Shown here piece by piece: positions 46,219 through 55,525 of a stretch of DNA of 64,000 bases. Within the stretch, counting starts at the first letter, position 1; each line of letters starts with the position of its first letter. Below the pieces are notes generated by a model. The model saw only the letters and a list, made by a program, of their open reading frames with translations. It ran no database searches and was not told where the DNA came from. Source of the DNA: Candidatus Omnitrophota bacterium (GTDB lineage: Bacteria > Omnitrophota > Gorgyraeia > B26-G9); assembly GCA_043826565.1 (NCBI GenBank), contig JBDRPX010000003.1:3614-67613 (forward strand). Direction: 5' to 3'. A program made the position numbers and the translations under genes.

Positions 46219-46257
46219 TAGAGATTAAAAGAGCTCATAGTTCATCGCTGATGGCTC

Positions 46258-46641
46258 ATGGGAAGAAGTAGTGTTATGGATATGATACAGGATAAACGTC
46301 AATGCAAAAGGCGGCGCACAAAATACGCGTCCATTAGTTTGCGGTCTCTGGACCCGCAGGCGTGGTTTAAGTTCTGGGGCGGCGCGGAGTGTTTTCTGCG
46401 TGATCTCAGTTTGCTGGGAGTGGGAGTTTACAGCCAGGAAAAGCTTCCTATCGGCACGCGCTTAAGCATTGACCTGCGTTTGGGAAAACAGGCCAGCAGT
46501 ATCCGGGTTTTCGGCCGGATCACCTGGACGGAAAAAGAGGATGATCAGTACCGCTCCGGAGTAAGCTTTTCCTGGTGGAGAGATGACCAGGATAAAAAAA
46601 TTGTCAGTAGTTTTGTGGAAAGACTTGGATTAGTTAACTAA
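46258..46641 (+). CDS. Stand-alone PilZ-domain protein
   Basis: DKRQCKRR and DLSLLG motifs; GRITW and YRSGVSF strands. The true start may be the ATG at 46276. Confidence 0.85.
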   Translation: MGRSSVMDMIQDKRQCKRRRTKYASISLRSLDPQAWFKFWGGAECFLRDLSLLGVGVYSQEKLPIGTRLSIDLRLGKQASSIRVFGRITWTEKEDDQYRSGVSFSWWRDDQDKKIVSSFVERLGLVN

Positions 46642-46671
46642 AAATCCTTTTCGAATTTGGTGTTTTTATTA

Positions 46672-46750
46672 TAACATATTGCTCCGCAATTAGTTACACA
46701 CCAAGAAAATTCTGTTTAAATTTGCAAATTCATGATTTATATGGTAAACT
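46672..46750 (+). promoter_or_regulatory. Sigma70-type promoter with upstream TAAC-N17-GTTA palindrome
   Basis: TTGCAA (46722-46727), 17 nt, TAAACT (46745-46750) with TG; TAAC 46672-46675 and GTTA 46693-46696. Confidence 0.6.
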
Positions 46751-46819
46751 TTATCACTATTTTGATAAATATTATTAGGTTATAGTTTGTTTTAATGGGT
46801 AAAAACAGGGTGGATAAAA

Positions 46820-48202
46820 ATGAAAAAAAGAATATTCTTAAAGGTTATTTCAGTTGTTTTGATCCAGGCGTTTTTAATGTTGGATTTTTGCTGGGCGGGA
46901 GGTAATGAAATTCAATCAGCCAATGAATATGGGAAACATCATTTAGCTCCGGCACTGCAGCTTACCAACCAAATGATACAACAGGCGCATCAGCAGGTTA
47001 TTATTGGCAATAGGATTTCTGCGCTCAATAAAACTTTTGAGGGATTACCCGCGGATACTTCTGAATATGGAGAGATTTTAAAAGTAAAACCCAAGCAAGA
47101 TTTAGTTGAAAGCTATTTTATAGACTATAAACAGAAATTTTACGGTAGACATCCAATTTTAAATCTTGTGGTTGGAGCATTGAGTTTAGTTGAAGCTATT
47201 GTTTTACCTGTTTGGGCAATGATTCTTCTTAAAATCGATCCTATCCTAATAGTTATAGGTGTTTTTTTTGTGGTTTTTAGTAATCATCCTTTCATCTTTA
47301 TTAGTTTTTTTCTTTGGTTGAATTCACTGCCGTTAGATCTAATTTCACGAAGGAAGTCAATACTTAATGAGCGGCAATGGAGAAAAAGTTTTAGCATATT
47401 GCAAAAACTGAGGAAAGATAAAACTTGGAGGGACGCGAAAGAGAGTTTTATTGAATTACGGAAATTAGGGTTTCCAGAAGATAAAATTAGGGATGAATAC
47501 ATTCAATTTGCATTGAATGATTTGCCGAAAAATAAAGAATTTATTACAGATGAAGATCTTAGTGCTATAGATTCTGCTATGGCTAAATTGAAGGGAGCAG
47601 GTGTGTTACAGAATGAAGTTGTTAAAATTTATGCTAAAGCATTGCTGGATCTTTTAGCTAGAAAAGAAAAACCTGGAGAGTTAAGGGAGATGAAATATGA
47701 TGATATCCTTGATGGGTTTCGTAACGAGTTTAATAATATAATGGAAGAAGTGGGTTTTATGAAAAGCAGCGGGCGTGTTAGTACTAGTAAGGTTGAGACC
47801 TTTTTCTCTAGTAGAGTAGGAGCATTGCTACGCACCTGGGGTAAGGATGATTCGACTTGGTATGAACTTGTTAGGCGTAGTCGTAATCATGAATTTGAGA
47901 TAGGCAGTGCGCCTGTATCCTCGTATGATTGGCGGCCTGAAGGGTCTTTTAGTGTGATTGATGAGTTTGAATCCGGCGGAAAATTTTTAGTTGAAGTTGA
48001 TAGCCATACACAAAGTTGGGAAGGTGGTGTTGATTATTTAACAGGAGAACCATATGAACCGCATTCAACAACATTTTATAGGTCTCTTTGGATAAGAAAG
48101 GTTGTAGATCAAAATTCCCCAGTATCTTTGCAAAATAAAGGAAAAGTTCAGATGGGGGGGAATAGCTTAAATCTCAAACTCTTGGTTGAACAGTCAATTT
48201 AA
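46820..48202 (+). CDS. Leader-family protein with two TM helices, function unknown
   Basis: Leader LKVISVVLIQAFLMLDFCWAGG..HLAPALQL; two internal hydrophobic helices; ends LLVEQSI*. Confidence 0.8.
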   Translation: MKKRIFLKVISVVLIQAFLMLDFCWAGGNEIQSANEYGKHHLAPALQLTNQMIQQAHQQVIIGNRISALNKTFEGLPADTSEYGEILKVKPKQDLVESYFIDYKQKFYGRHPILNLVVGALSLVEAIVLPVWAMILLKIDPILIVIGVFFVVFSNHPFIFISFFLWLNSLPLDLISRRKSILNERQWRKSFSILQKLRKDKTWRDAKESFIELRKLGFPEDKIRDEYIQFALNDLPKNKEFITDEDLSAIDSAMAKLKGAGVLQNEVVKIYAKALLDLLARKEKPGELREMKYDDILDGFRNEFNNIMEEVGFMKSSGRVSTSKVETFFSSRVGALLRTWGKDDSTWYELVRRSRNHEFEIGSAPVSSYDWRPEGSFSVIDEFESGGKFLVEVDSHTQSWEGGVDYLTGEPYEPHSTTFYRSLWIRKVVDQNSPVSLQNKGKVQMGGNSLNLKLLVEQSI

Positions 48203-48261
48203 CTCATGTTTTGCCTAATTTCTCTAAAAATTCACATTATTGTGATCCCGCCTCATTCACC

Positions 48262-48290
48262 TTGACATATTTGCTGATTTATGATATAAA
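48262..48290 (+). promoter_or_regulatory. Sigma70-type promoter of the glycan cluster
   Basis: TTGACA, 17 nt, TATAAA with a TG extension. Confidence 0.65.
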
Positions 48291-48430
48291 ATAAACTTCT
48301 AATATAATTATATTAAGGAAGGATAATTGGAATAGCCCTCCACAAAAAACTTGGCTGGGTTCAATTTATCACGCCAAGAGCACTCAAAGAAGTTAACAGT
48401 GGCGGATTAATCGAAGAAAGAGAGGCTTAA

Positions 48431-49918
48431 ATGAGCGAGGCAAAACATTTTCATACCGCTGCGGAAGATCGTATCTCTTTTTCGCAGAAGATTTATTACG
48501 GTCTGGGTATGCTGTGTAACAATTTGATCCCGGCGGCATTGGGATGCATGGTAGTTGTGCTTAATCTTGGGCTGGGAATGAATCCGGTATTAGTCGGTTA
48601 TATCATGTCTTTTCCTCGTCTTACCGATGCTTTCACCGACCCGATAATGGGTTATATTTCTGATAATACAAGGTCTCGCTTTGGCCGGCGGAGGCCTTAT
48701 ATCTTTTTTGGCGCGATTTTCCTGGGCCTGATTTTTGCTTTAATGTGGCAGATCAATACCGGGCATAGCGAAATGTTCTATTTCTGGTTTTTCATGATCG
48801 GATGCATTCTTTTATTTATTGCCAATACCGTGTTTTCCACACCGTTCATTGCTTTCGGCTATGAAATGACCCCGGATTATCATGAAAGAACACGGGTCAT
48901 GGCCTGGGCCAACTGGTTTGGCCAGATACCCTGGCTTTTATGCCCCTGGTTCTGGTGGATGATGGCGAATAAAAAGTTTTTCGAAACCTCGGTTGACGGT
49001 GCCAAGTTCATTGCCCTGGCAGTCGGGGGAGCAGTAGTTGTATTTGGCGTATTGCCGGCGATTTTCTGTAAAGAGAGGTTTAAAACTGTCGCTGAGGGAG
49101 AAGCAGCTAAAGTATATACCAAGGGTATGTTAAATCATATCAAAGAATTCCTTAAAGGTTTTTTCATTACTATTAAATGCCGTCCGTTTTTAAAGATCTG
49201 CACCGCGACTTTTTTCCTTTTTAACGGTTTTATGATGGTGGCCGGATTAGGGCTGTATGTTTTGATTTATTTTGTGTTTGGCGGAGATGAGGTAATGGGC
49301 GGTAAATATAACGGATTGTTTGGGACGACCTCCGCGCTTTCTACGATATTTATTGTTATTCCGATTGTTACAAGGCTGGCGACAAAAATAGGCAAAAGAA
49401 GAGCATTTATAACCTCAACTTCAATCTCCATGATCGGTTTTTTGATCAAATGGTGGTGTTTTAATCCGAAATACTCATCCTTAATAGTAGTTGATATATT
49501 TGGGATAAAAGATGTCCAGATCATCATTCTGCTTCCGGCAATTCTGATTTCCTTTGGTATCGGAGGTTTGTTCACTCTTATGGGCGCGATGATGGCTGAT
49601 ACCTGTGATATTGATGAACTTAACAGCGGCCAGCGCCGGGAAGGTGTGTTTGGCGCTATTTACTGGTGGACGGTCAAATTGGGTATGTCCGTAGCCTTTG
49701 CTCTTTCCGGACATATTCTTAACTTAACGGGTTTTAGTGTGGAATTGGGAAAAGCTCAGACGGCAAAGACACTGGTATTGATGAGAATATTTGATATTTC
49801 CGTTCCGATATTAACGTCTTTGATCGCGATCCTGGCGATTTTCTTTTATAAGATAACCGAACCCAGAGCGCGGGAAATCCGCACTGAACTGGAAAGCCGG
49901 CGCGGTAAGACTGCTTAA
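48431..49918 (+). CDS. MFS transporter, glycoside-pentoside-hexuronide (MelB-like) symporter family
   Basis: About 12 TM helices; DAFTDPIMGYISD, SRFGRRRPY, EMTPDYHER and DIDE..GQRREG motifs. Confidence 0.92.
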   Translation: MSEAKHFHTAAEDRISFSQKIYYGLGMLCNNLIPAALGCMVVVLNLGLGMNPVLVGYIMSFPRLTDAFTDPIMGYISDNTRSRFGRRRPYIFFGAIFLGLIFALMWQINTGHSEMFYFWFFMIGCILLFIANTVFSTPFIAFGYEMTPDYHERTRVMAWANWFGQIPWLLCPWFWWMMANKKFFETSVDGAKFIALAVGGAVVVFGVLPAIFCKERFKTVAEGEAAKVYTKGMLNHIKEFLKGFFITIKCRPFLKICTATFFLFNGFMMVAGLGLYVLIYFVFGGDEVMGGKYNGLFGTTSALSTIFIVIPIVTRLATKIGKRRAFITSTSISMIGFLIKWWCFNPKYSSLIVVDIFGIKDVQIIILLPAILISFGIGGLFTLMGAMMADTCDIDELNSGQRREGVFGAIYWWTVKLGMSVAFALSGHILNLTGFSVELGKAQTAKTLVLMRIFDISVPILTSLIAILAIFFYKITEPRAREIRTELESRRGKTA

Positions 49919-49926
49919 ATAAAATT

Positions 49927-51822
49927 ATGAAGAAATTATTAATAATAACGATAACCTGTTTTTACATTCTCAGTATTTACGGAAACAGCGTTTTTGCTTC
50001 CGGAAAACCTGTCTTTGAGCTCGATGACGCGGGGAAAGAAGAAATCGTTGATTACGAGAAATACGGCGAGTTCAAGGATATCGGTAAAGAAGGATATAAA
50101 TATAAAATTACCAAACGTAAAGAACTGGAAGCCGCGGTAGGAGAGGGAATATTCCCGAATACAAAAAGCCTGTCTAAAGATCCTCAATTTAAAAAATTTA
50201 AAGAAGATAAAAAACTTCAAGGCAGCCACTGGGCGTTTGTAAACAGCCCCGATTATCAGGCGAATTTTTATCGTTGGGCCATGGCCGCGGAAAGCCCGGG
50301 AGTGAAATTATTTTATACCGCGCAAGCCTTAGAAGATGCCGGACATATAAAGCATGCGGTTAAGGCTTACTATGCTTTGGTTGTGAATTTTCCCAAAGAA
50401 GTAGGGGTTACCTATTGGGGTACTCCGTGGTATGTGGGCCCGGCTTCCTTAGACAGAATCTTGTATCTAACCCGGAAACATCCGGAATTGGGAATAAAAC
50501 TTATTGATGCTAAGATCAGCGTGGAAAACCGCTATGATGATGACCGCCGGAATGATGTATTTATTGTAACTCCGGGTAAGTTGATCGCCTGTGATCCCCA
50601 GAAAGTCACGGATAAACCTATAGAATTGAAAGCTCTGGATATAATCGAACGCAAAGATTTTGGACAGGTAAGTTTAGTTAAATATAAAAACAGCCACTGG
50701 AAAATGCTTCTTAACAATGAACAGTTTATGATAAAAAGTATTGCTTATCAGCCGAGTATGGTCGGGCAAAGCCCGGATATCGGGACTTTAGAAGACTGGT
50801 CGTTAATGGATAAGAATAAAAACGGAAAAATTGATAGCCCTTATGATTCCTGGGTTGATAAAAATAAGAACAATATCCAAGACGCGGATGAGCCAGCCAT
50901 AGGTGATTTTCAATTGATGGCTGATATGGGGGTAAATGTACTCAGGATTTATCATCATTCTTTTGTGGGAAATAAAGAGCTATTCCAGGACTTGTATAAA
51001 AATTACGGTATTCGTATCATAATCGGAGATTTTCTCGGTATGTATGCGGTTGGTTCGCAAGCGGCCTGGAACCCCGGGACTAATTATTCTGACCCGCAGC
51101 AGCAGAGGAATATGCTTGATTCAGTGATGAAGATGGTCAATGACTACAAAGACGAACCTTGTGTATTAATGTGGATCCTCGGTAATGAAAATAACTATGG
51201 CACAGCGAATAATTCCAATAAAGAACCAAAAGCATATTATCATTTTGTTAATGAAGTGGCTAAGAAAATAAAGGAAGTAGATCCCGATCATCCGGTAGCA
51301 ATTTGCAATGGAGATATCCAGTTTTTGGATATTTTTGCCGAGCAGTGTCCGGATGTCGATGTTTTTGGAGTTAATTCATATCGCGGTAAACAAGGGTTTG
51401 GCTATTACAATTTCTGGCTTCCGGTCAAAGAAGTTGCTGATAAGCCGGCATTTGTTACCGAGTATGGATGCCCGGCCTATGGGCATAAAAAATCCCGGGA
51501 ATACGCGGAGAACTTTCAATCGGAATATGCAGTTAATAATTGGATGGATATAGTTAATAATAGTGCCGGTTTAGGAGCAGGCAATGCTCTGGGCGGGTCA
51601 TTGTTTGAGTTTCTTGATGAATGGTGGAAAACCGGCGCGCCGCCGGGATATCCGGATATTATTCAGGATGTAGTACCTAATGTGGGAGGGCCTTATGTTG
51701 ACGGCTGGTATTATGAGGAATGGTTTGGTATTGCTAGCCAGGGAGACGGTACTGATTCTCCGTTTATGCGTCAATTAAGAAAAGCCTATTTTGATCTACA
51801 AAAGATTTGGAAAAAGAAATGA
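49927..51822 (+). CDS. Exported clan GH-A glycoside hydrolase (GH2 TIM-barrel/GH158-like) with N-terminal helical extension
   Basis: Signal peptide; MGVNVLRIY, WILGNE (acid/base), TEYG (nucleophile), DEWWK and EEWFGI. Confidence 0.8.
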   Translation: MKKLLIITITCFYILSIYGNSVFASGKPVFELDDAGKEEIVDYEKYGEFKDIGKEGYKYKITKRKELEAAVGEGIFPNTKSLSKDPQFKKFKEDKKLQGSHWAFVNSPDYQANFYRWAMAAESPGVKLFYTAQALEDAGHIKHAVKAYYALVVNFPKEVGVTYWGTPWYVGPASLDRILYLTRKHPELGIKLIDAKISVENRYDDDRRNDVFIVTPGKLIACDPQKVTDKPIELKALDIIERKDFGQVSLVKYKNSHWKMLLNNEQFMIKSIAYQPSMVGQSPDIGTLEDWSLMDKNKNGKIDSPYDSWVDKNKNNIQDADEPAIGDFQLMADMGVNVLRIYHHSFVGNKELFQDLYKNYGIRIIIGDFLGMYAVGSQAAWNPGTNYSDPQQQRNMLDSVMKMVNDYKDEPCVLMWILGNENNYGTANNSNKEPKAYYHFVNEVAKKIKEVDPDHPVAICNGDIQFLDIFAEQCPDVDVFGVNSYRGKQGFGYYNFWLPVKEVADKPAFVTEYGCPAYGHKKSREYAENFQSEYAVNNWMDIVNNSAGLGAGNALGGSLFEFLDEWWKTGAPPGYPDIIQDVVPNVGGPYVDGWYYEEWFGIASQGDGTDSPFMRQLRKAYFDLQKIWKKK

Positions 51823-52484
51823 TGAAAAAGTCTCAGGTCTCAAGTCGCAAGTCACAAGTTAGCAGTAAAAAACCAATACTTTTAATTTTATTTTTTGTTT
51901 TCTGTCTATGGTCTATGGTCTATGGTCTATGGTCTAGTTTCGCGCAAGAGGCTTCGGAAGTCAAACCGGAAGAAGCCAAGCATATTTTTGTCTATGCGGA
52001 TAAAGATTCTCCGGAAAATAGTTTTTCTCCGTCGGAATGGATCGGAGATAAAGAAGCTTTAAGTTTTAATGACGGTTGGGAAAAAGACCCCCAGCAGGGA
52101 AAAACTTGTATAAGAATAGACTATAAGGCCATGGGTAGTTTTGGCTGGGCGGGTATTTACTGGGTTAATCCTCAAGGTAATTGGGGCAATGAAAGAGGCG
52201 GATATGACCTGCGTTTTGCTAAAAAACTTACTTTTTGGGTCCGGGGTGAAAAAGGCGGAGAACATATCGCGGTATTTAAGTTCGGGGGATTAAAAGGAGT
52301 ATTTCCGGATTCAGATAACCACGGCATCGGCCCGATAATATTGACCCCCCAATGGCAGGAAATAAGCGTGGATGTATCCCCAAGAGACATGAAATATATT
52401 GGTGCCGGATTTAGTTTCGCGATTAGTAAAGCTTATAATCGTCAGGGTTGTGTTTTTTATATTGATAATATAAAATATGAGTAG
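51819..52484 (+). CDS. Exported carbohydrate-binding beta-sandwich protein (CBM11/galactose-binding-like), paralogue 1
   Basis: ATG overlaps the upstream TGA; WAGIYW, DL..AKKLTFWVRGEKG, LTPQWQ and FYIDNIKYE. Confidence 0.7.
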   Translation: MMKKSQVSSRKSQVSSKKPILLILFFVFCLWSMVYGLWSSFAQEASEVKPEEAKHIFVYADKDSPENSFSPSEWIGDKEALSFNDGWEKDPQQGKTCIRIDYKAMGSFGWAGIYWVNPQGNWGNERGGYDLRFAKKLTFWVRGEKGGEHIAVFKFGGLKGVFPDSDNHGIGPIILTPQWQEISVDVSPRDMKYIGAGFSFAISKAYNRQGCVFYIDNIKYE

Positions 52485-52542
52485 GGACAGGGCATGCCCT
52501 GTTCGGTATAAAGGGTATATCCGCCAAAAAAACTTGGCGGAT
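52481..52542. repeat. GTAG-type REP-like palindrome and ATCCGCC..GGCGGAT hairpin
   Basis: GTAGGG-ACAGGGCATGCCCTGT palindrome overlapping the stop codon; ATCCGCCAA-N6-TTGGCGGAT at 52519-52542. Confidence 0.55.
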
Positions 52543-52567
52543 CATTTAAGAAAGGAGGAGAAAGGTT

Positions 52568-53218
52568 ATGAAAAAATTAATTTTGGTTGCAGCAATGGTA
52601 GTTTTGGGATTGTTTTTAGTTGTAAATGTCCAAGCGCAGGACATGACTGATGATTCTCAGGAAGAAGCTGCATTAGTCGGCAGGCCGGCTAATTTTGTCG
52701 ATGGTGTCTTCGGAGTTTATTATGATCGGGGTGATCGTAATAATCATTATATCCCCTCGGGATGGATGGGGGATTACGGGGATATCAAAATGAATGATAA
52801 TTATAAAGAAAACCCGCATAGTGGGAAAACCAGTATACAATTTAATTATTCGGCTAAAGGAAAACAGGGAGCCAACTGGTGCGGAGTAGCTTGGCAAAAC
52901 CCGGCAAATAACTGGGGAGAAAAAGACGGTGGGAAAGATTTACGCGGAGCAACAAAATTGACTTTCTGGGCCCGGGGAGAACTGGGGAATGAACGGATTT
53001 TGGAGGTTAAGTTTGGCGGTATCGGCGGAACTTACGCGGATTCTGATTCTGTAGGTATCGGGCCGGTTGATTTGACTGCGGAGTGGAAGCAATATACTAT
53101 CGACTTAGCGGATTGTGATTTATCTTATATAATCGGAGGGTTTTGCTGGTCGACAAGTGCTGATGCTAATCCGGAAGGATGTACATTTTATTTTGATGAT
53201 ATACAGTTTGAAAAATAA
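52568..53218 (+). CDS. Exported carbohydrate-binding beta-sandwich protein, paralogue 2
   Basis: AGGAGG RBS; signal peptide; PSGWMGD, LTFWARG, LTAEWKQYTIDL and FYFDDIQ. Confidence 0.8.
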   Translation: MKKLILVAAMVVLGLFLVVNVQAQDMTDDSQEEAALVGRPANFVDGVFGVYYDRGDRNNHYIPSGWMGDYGDIKMNDNYKENPHSGKTSIQFNYSAKGKQGANWCGVAWQNPANNWGEKDGGKDLRGATKLTFWARGELGNERILEVKFGGIGGTYADSDSVGIGPVDLTAEWKQYTIDLADCDLSYIIGGFCWSTSADANPEGCTFYFDDIQFEK

Positions 53219-53240
53219 TCATTTAGTTTGATTGATTTGT

Positions 53241-53281
53241 AAAAAGGGTAGGGGCAAAAATAATAGCTTCTACCCTTTTTT
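53241..53281 (+). terminator. Rho-independent terminator
   Basis: AAAAAGGGTAGGGGC / GCTTCTACCCTTTTT stem with a T-tract. Confidence 0.8.
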
Positions 53282-53308
53282 CGCCTGTTTTATTGCGGAA
53301 AATCTGGG

Positions 53309-53337
53309 TTGAATTTTTTAGCCGGATGATATAAAAT
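53309..53337 (+). promoter_or_regulatory. Possible sigma70-type promoter
   Basis: TTGAAT, 17 nt, TAAAAT, lying downstream of the terminator and upstream of the gene at 53388. Confidence 0.4.
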
Positions 53338-53387
53338 ATAAACAATAGCCGGATATACGGCAGCCATTAAAAAAGGGAGGATGGAAA

Positions 53388-54044
53388 ATGAAAAAAATAG
53401 GTTTACTGGTATTTGCGATTATCGCTATCTTAAATTTTTCCTTATTTGTTCATGCCCAGGAACAAGAGTCTGAAAGTGATGAGGCTGTGTATGAAGAATT
53501 AATGGGTATGCCGGGAAAATTCACAGATGGGGTATTTGGGGTCTATTATGACCGCGGCAACCGGAATAATCATTTTGTGCCTTCAGGATGGATGGGGGAT
53601 TTCGGCGATGTTCAGATGAATGAGCGCGCTGAAGAAAATCCGCATAGCGGTAAGACCTGTATCAAGTTTACTTATTCGGCCAAAGGAAAACAAGGAGCAA
53701 ATTGGTGCGGAGTTTTTTGGCAGAACCCGGCAAATAATTGGGGTGAGAAAAAAGGCGGGTTTGATCTGCGGGAAGCTACTAAGCTGACATTCTGGGCCCG
53801 GGGAGAAAAAGGCGACGAGCGTATCCAGGAGTTTAAATTCGGCGGTATCGGCGGAACTTACGCGGATTCTGATTCTATGGGTATTGGCCCTATTGATCTG
53901 ACTGCGGAGTGGAAACAATATACTATCGACTTAGCTGATGTGGATCTTTCCTATGTTAACGGTGGCTTCTGCTGGGCGACAAATGCGGATGCTAATCCGG
54001 AAGGAGCGGTATTTTACTTGGATGATATTCAGTACGAACTATAA
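53388..54044 (+). CDS. Exported carbohydrate-binding beta-sandwich protein, paralogue 3
   Basis: GGAGG RBS; signal peptide; mature part highly similar to 52568-53218. Confidence 0.8.
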   Translation: MKKIGLLVFAIIAILNFSLFVHAQEQESESDEAVYEELMGMPGKFTDGVFGVYYDRGNRNNHFVPSGWMGDFGDVQMNERAEENPHSGKTCIKFTYSAKGKQGANWCGVFWQNPANNWGEKKGGFDLREATKLTFWARGEKGDERIQEFKFGGIGGTYADSDSMGIGPIDLTAEWKQYTIDLADVDLSYVNGGFCWATNADANPEGAVFYLDDIQYEL

Positions 54045-54069
54045 TTTTACATATTAACAATATAATCAG

Positions 54070-54110
54070 AAGGGTAGGGGCTCTGTTAGTGTTGCTTCTA
54101 CCCTTGTTTT
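54070..54110 (+). terminator. Rho-independent terminator (same stem as the one at 53241)
   Basis: AAGGGTAGGGGC / GCTTCTACCCTT followed by GTTTT. Confidence 0.7.
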
Positions 54111-54164
54111 AAAATAACTCAAAAGTATCAATTTTTGGAAAGGGGTTTAAAAAAGGATTTTATT

Positions 54165-55421
54165 ATGAAAAGACTGGGACTTGTTATATTTTTATGTTTC
54201 TTTGTAATGGCCGGCTGCGGGGACAAGGGCCCTAAAAAGGATAGGATAAGCATAGAGCAATTGCCTAATGGGCATTATCGTTTACTTCTTAATAAGGAAC
54301 TGTTTATTGTTAAGGGAGTTTGCTATGCTCCGGTTCCGATTGGAAAAAGCCATCTTTTCAATTTTACATGTGATCCTAACCGTCCCTGGATAGCTGACGG
54401 AAAGCTGATGCAAGACATGGGGGTAAATACTATTCGTCTATACCAGGCGGGTGACGAGTTGGGGACTTGTAAAGAGATGATCGAGGACCTATATAAGCTT
54501 TACGGGATAAGAACGATTATGGGCCATAGCCTGGGGTTTTGGGATTATCCGCCGCCAAATTATGGAGACCAGCAGTTTCTTGATGAAGTCACGGAAAGCG
54601 TAATAAGTATGGTTATGTATTTTAAAGATACTCCCGGCATCCTGATTTGGAACTTAGGGAATGAAAATAATTATAGTTTTGACGGCCGGATCAATCCCTG
54701 GACAACTCCGGAAATAGATGCTATGGAAAGTTATCGGGACCAGACTGATGAAAGAGCCAGGCTGTATTATAGTTTTGTAAATCAGCTTGCCGGGAAAATA
54801 AAGCAAATCGATAAATATCACCCGGTATCTTTGGGGAACGGGGAAACTGTGGGGTTAAAGATTGCCGCGCAGAATTGTCCGGAGGTGGATCTTTTAGGCT
54901 GCATTGTCTACCGGGGCAAAGTATTCGGTACATTTTTTAAAGAAGTAAAACGTAAGTTTGATAAGCCGGTAGTTTTAACGGAATTCGGCTGTGATGCTTT
55001 TAATGCGGAAAAACAAAAAGAAGATCAGAAAAATCAGGCAAAATTTTTAAAAAGCCAGTGGCTGGATATAGAAAAAAATCTCGCCGGCAATGAAGGTATC
55101 GGTAATTGTATCGGCGGAGCAGTATTTGAATGGACTGATGAATGGTGGAAGACTTCCGAAAGCGACCGGGACAGCTGGCTGGTGCATGATACCAGTGCCG
55201 GATGGGGCATGGGAGCGTATGATTTTGACGCCCGGGCCGGGAAGAATATGAATGAAGAATGGTTTGGAATTGTCGCCTTGTCTGAAGAATTAGAAGATGG
55301 TATCAATAAAAGAATTCCGCGTAAAGCGTATTTTGAATTAAGAGAGTTATGGAAGGAACCAGAGACTAGTTACAAGTCTCAAGCCGCAAGTCACAAGTTG
55401 AAGAAAAAAGATAAAAAATAA
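54165..55421 (+). CDS. Lipoprotein clan GH-A glycoside hydrolase (GH2 TIM-barrel/GH158-like)
   Basis: Lipobox VMAG-C; MGVNTIRLY, WNLGNE, TEFG, DEWWK and NEEWFGI; paralogue of the gene at 49927. Confidence 0.8.
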   Translation: MKRLGLVIFLCFFVMAGCGDKGPKKDRISIEQLPNGHYRLLLNKELFIVKGVCYAPVPIGKSHLFNFTCDPNRPWIADGKLMQDMGVNTIRLYQAGDELGTCKEMIEDLYKLYGIRTIMGHSLGFWDYPPPNYGDQQFLDEVTESVISMVMYFKDTPGILIWNLGNENNYSFDGRINPWTTPEIDAMESYRDQTDERARLYYSFVNQLAGKIKQIDKYHPVSLGNGETVGLKIAAQNCPEVDLLGCIVYRGKVFGTFFKEVKRKFDKPVVLTEFGCDAFNAEKQKEDQKNQAKFLKSQWLDIEKNLAGNEGIGNCIGGAVFEWTDEWWKTSESDRDSWLVHDTSAGWGMGAYDFDARAGKNMNEEWFGIVALSEELEDGINKRIPRKAYFELRELWKEPETSYKSQAASHKLKKKDKK

Positions 55422-55525
55422 ATGGCAAATTGCAGATTAAATAGGTATTTCAAAAATTTTATATTTGGTTTTTTACATTACACGTTACACTTTTAACTTT
55501 ACACAGATAAAGAAGGGTTGTTGTT

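Noticed and set aside
10555-46218. NRPS/PKS or repetitive adhesin as the explanation for the giant size
   Set aside because: No A/C/KS motifs and no long tandem Ig/RTX arrays are visible.
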